Shown one piece after another: positions 60,701 through 64,000 of a stretch of 64,000 nucleotides of DNA (position 1 is its first letter; every line of letters begins with the position of its first letter). The position numbers and the translations under genes were made by a program. Below the pieces are notes generated by a model. The model saw nothing but the letters and a program-made list of their open reading frames with translations, searched no databases and was not told where the DNA came from. The stretch is from the human T2T-CHM13v2.0 reference genome, Homo sapiens: the NCBI RefSeq assembly GCF_009914755.1, contig NC_060929.1; one strand, given 5' to 3'.

Positions 60701-61708
60701 TTAAGTTACCATATAAAAGTAAGAATACAGAAACATACAGAATTCAAGAATCACTATTCTGCCCTACCACCAAGCTTTGTAAATATTTTCCACAGCTAAA
60801 GCAACACTTTTTATTTGGCAAAACCTAGGTAAAATCATGGTTGATTTTGGTACACTTACCACTTTCCCTTTAATTAGTGCTCATCTGTTATTCACACATT
60901 CCCTTATTCTTTGATCTGTAAAACAAATCCTTCTTCCAATGCTAACCCTCCAGGGTAGAAGGTATTGCTCCTTCCAAGGATTTTGTGCTTTTACAAGATT
61001 AGTTTTTATCACTAGACTAATTTTGCTTAGAACAGAAAGTATATTAATTGTTTTATACCTACAGTTCCTAACTTAATGTGTGGCATTTAGTAAATGCTCA
61101 TTAAGATAACTTCTTAAAATGAAGATTATGCAAATATATATACATACAAACATTTACAACCATCAAGAGCAAAATCAGCAATTCTTCAAGTTTACTCTCA
61201 AATGGATGCTATAAAACTTGATGCAGGAAATATAGAAAAATATGAGATACAGCAGAGGTTAATAAGGATGTAAATGTCTTGCTAAATTTATCCTAATAGT
61301 AAACTACATAAGGGTTTGCAAGACACTTTGCTTATCCCTTTATTTTTCAATCATTATGCATAACTACAATATATGTTCACTTATTGTCCTCTCCTACAAC
61401 TGAAATCTACAAGGGGAGGAAAAGTGTATCACTTCCACTAGTATATATAACAATATCTAGTATGGAGTTCATATTCATTAAATGTTTATTAAATGAATAA
61501 ATGATTGATGCTGTGGGGATAGCTAAGACCCACTTTCTGATCCCACATATCTTCATTTCTTAAATACAACCAAGCTAAAAAGTACTCGGTTCACTGGGCT
61601 ACTAACTTTGTTAATGCATGTTGCAGGTAGCAAAAATAAACACAGAATCGTGTTTTAACATAAATATTACAATTACTACATAAAATAATTAGTTTCATTA
61701 TTTGTTAC

Positions 61709-61773
61709 CTGATTCTGAATTTGAAGCACACTTTGCTTTTGGAGAAACATTTTGATCTGCTACTGTCATCACT
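61709..61773 (-). CDS. MEIKIN: MEIKIN coding exon (65 nt, phase 2 to phase 1): VMTVADQNVSPKAKCASNSES
   Basis: Minus strand reads ttgttatag|A GTG ATG ACA...GAA TCA G|gtaaca, with canonical AG/GT. The peptide matches my recollection of human MEIKIN. The terminal G joins AT of the next exon to make Asp. Confidence 0.92.
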
Positions 61774-61999
61774 CTATAACAAGAACAAACTGGTTAGTGG
61801 TATTTTCTAAATCCTTCAGTAACTTTCAAAAACCCTCAAATAATACTTAAAATAAAGATATTTATTTGAGATTAATTATCCTGTGGGAAAATATACAGTT
61901 GCTTAGAAAAATGTTATGGTATTTATATGAACAAATAGTTTAATAAAAAAGGCAATATATTTATACATTTATGAGTGTGAAACAATATGCGTAGAGGAC

Positions 62000-62170
62000 A
62001 GGGCATAGTGTTTAGAATAAGACAGACCTTGCTTTAAACTCCAGTTCCACTACTCACACTTGGGTGGCCTTTGGAAAGCTACTTAGCCTGTCTTGAGTCT
62101 TGGTTACCTCATTTATGCAAAAGGGATAGCAATCATGTTTCCTAAGATTCTTGTGGAAAGAATTTTAAGA
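62000..62170 (+). mobile_element. MIR fragment
   Basis: agacagacct...ccagttccactact...ctacttagcctgtcttgagtcttggttacctcattt core. Confidence 0.6.
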
Positions 62171-62184
62171 TACATGACAGATTG

Positions 62185-62260
62185 ATTATTATTATTATTA
62201 TATTATTATTATTATTATTGAGAGAGGGTCTTGCTCTGTTACCCAGGCTAGACTGCAGTA
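62185..62260 (-). repeat. (ATT)n tail plus short Alu 3' fragment
   Basis: attattatt run followed by gagagagggtcttgctctgttacccaggctagactgcagt. Confidence 0.8.
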
Positions 62261-63767
62261 AAAGGTTTTTTTGAAATTAATATCCTGGGGTTTTTTTATT
62301 TTGTACTTCTACAAACTAGACAACCCCCAGTTCTATCTAAATGTGTAGGAAAGGACTAGCTATCACAAAAGGAATAAATAAGAAAGGATCAAAGCTCAGC
62401 CTCTGACCACAAAAATGGGATTTCTGAGTCCGTAGCAAGAAAATGCAGTTGAAAACCAAATGTGAGAAGGGAATTTTCTAAATTCCTACACTGATTAATT
62501 GAATAGTTGAACTCAGTAAACAGAAACAATTTTATTCTTTCATATTTCCTTTTAAACGTATCCTGTCAAAATAGTACCTTCTCGCCTCTGAATGAACTTT
62601 CAGGTAGATTTCTTTTTACTAACACCTTTCTGGCATTCTCTTGTAATAAGTAGCTATTTTTAGGTAACAAAAAGTTCAGTGTAATATTACAAATCCAAAC
62701 TCTCCTTATGCAATTTAAATTTTTTCCTTTTCTCAGCTTGGGCATGATTTAGACTCAGAATATGCTGTGGGAAGAGCAACCACCATTGGTTTCATCTCTG
62801 TTTCTTGTTCTTTTCCCTTGCCTATTTGGAAACTACACTTTGGGTTCCTCTGGCAGTGAATTATAGGAAAGGAGTTTTAGAAATGTACAGGAAAGTCTTT
62901 CTCAATCTTGACTGATATAGTTATGTGCCATTGGTATCTCTGGGATATGACACATAATCAAATGTGGACTCTTTTAAACTTGAAGTATTCTGAAGGGTTC
63001 GTTGGAGGTTTACCTATCACTGGAGCTCTACCTATCACCGGAGCTCTCTCACTTGCTGCTTTTTATCATCTCCTCAGCTTTTGCCTTTGATGATGGAACC
63101 TCCAGCTGCTTTTGAGTGAGGTTACTTCATCCTTTGCAGGAAGTCATATTGGGCATAATCCCTTTCAAGATGATCATAATTAGCCCCCTTCTATGGAATC
63201 CATATTTGGCCTATTGGCATTATGCACAAATCTTTGTCATGTCAAACTCTGAAAGTATATCTAGCTTCCTCTTTATTCTGCCATTCCAAAGCACCTAACA
63301 GACCCTCTTTGCCTTTAGACCTTCCGGGTATGAGTCAGAAACTAACTCCCAGTGACATATGTTGAACCTTCCAAATGGTTCTCTTGGAGCTTCCTTTCTT
63401 GTGTTGAGGTGAGGGAGAAGACTCCTCGCTCCATGTGACACCAATATATAGCTCTTATCAAAGAAACACACATTCTTGGACTTTTCATCCTCTCCATGTA
63501 TTCTTAGCCTTTTCTTAGTTTGGAGATGAGTAATAAGCTAATGCTGGTAGAATTGGGTTTTGACTTCACCTTTTACAAACTCCACATAGATAATTCTACA
63601 CAGAATAAGGAATGGGGGTACTTGTCAACGATTTGTGTTCATCAGTAAGGCCACTGTCCAAACTCTAAGACAACATGAAAACCACATTTAACATTTTGCT
63701 ACATTCCTCAAGTTCCTATTAACATATGTAAGTTAAAACACAACTACAGAGTTCTACTATTAGCCAT

Positions 63768-64000
63768 TGCTATGGTTTGAATGTTTGTCCCCTCCAAAAT
63801 TCGTGTTGAAATTTAATAGCCAACGTGGTAGTATTGAGAGACAGGGTCTTTAAGAGGTGACTGGATCATGAGGGCTCTGCCTTCATAAATGGATTAAGCC
63901 ATTCATGGATTAATGGAGTAATGGATTAATATGTTATCATGGGAATGGTACGATTGGCTTTACAAGAGGAAAAAGAGAGACCTGAGCTACCATGTTCAGT
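63768..64000 (+). mobile_element. MST-type (MSTC/D-like) MaLR LTR, running off the window
   Basis: tgctatggtttgaatgtttgtcccctccaaaattc...gagggctctgcc...atggattaatgg. Confidence 0.8.

Noticed and set aside
62578-62653. Possible extra minus-strand exon (YLLQENARKVLVKRNLPESSFRGEK, AAG|gtacta)
   Set aside because: Poor polypyrimidine tract, it ends in phase 0 whereas the next exon needs phase 2, and the peptide is not in MEIKIN as I recall it.

Overview
This is primate, most likely human, genomic DNA lying inside the meiotic kinetochore gene MEIKIN, which is on the minus strand. Four short coding exons can be read: 61709-61773, 28884-28954, 4662-4742 and 1173-1292. They splice in frame to ...VMTVADQNVSPKAKCASNSES/DNAACEILLAEKTCPSTPEKTKKK/KTNSSTPGKKNRGLLTSTPSSETAGFV/IDLSSVQKASFEELFPNVSNYVNSNEIVPVSSLQENSSNE..., which I recognise as the C-terminal half of MEIKIN; one junction requires a GC-AG intron. 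Most of the rest is transposon-derived: LINE-1 (including a 27-kb nested L1 stack), Alu, MaLR LTRs (THE1/MST), MER DNA-transposon relics, L2 and MIR. Nearly all ORFs in the supplied track are L1/Alu debris. The most notable observations are: (1) three neighbouring full-length L1PA elements share private, non-consensus variants in a mosaic pattern, suggesting local gene conversion; (2) two of them form a ~6-kb inverted repeat around the weak GC-donor exon; (3) a decayed tandem duplicate of a MEIKIN exon; (4) an L1 antisense ORF and donor in frame with the downstream MEIKIN exons; (5) a short L1 3' transduction and an orphan retroposed fragment. I find no firm evidence of a wholly new biological system. 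Repeat subfamily names are by-eye estimates, not RepeatMasker output.
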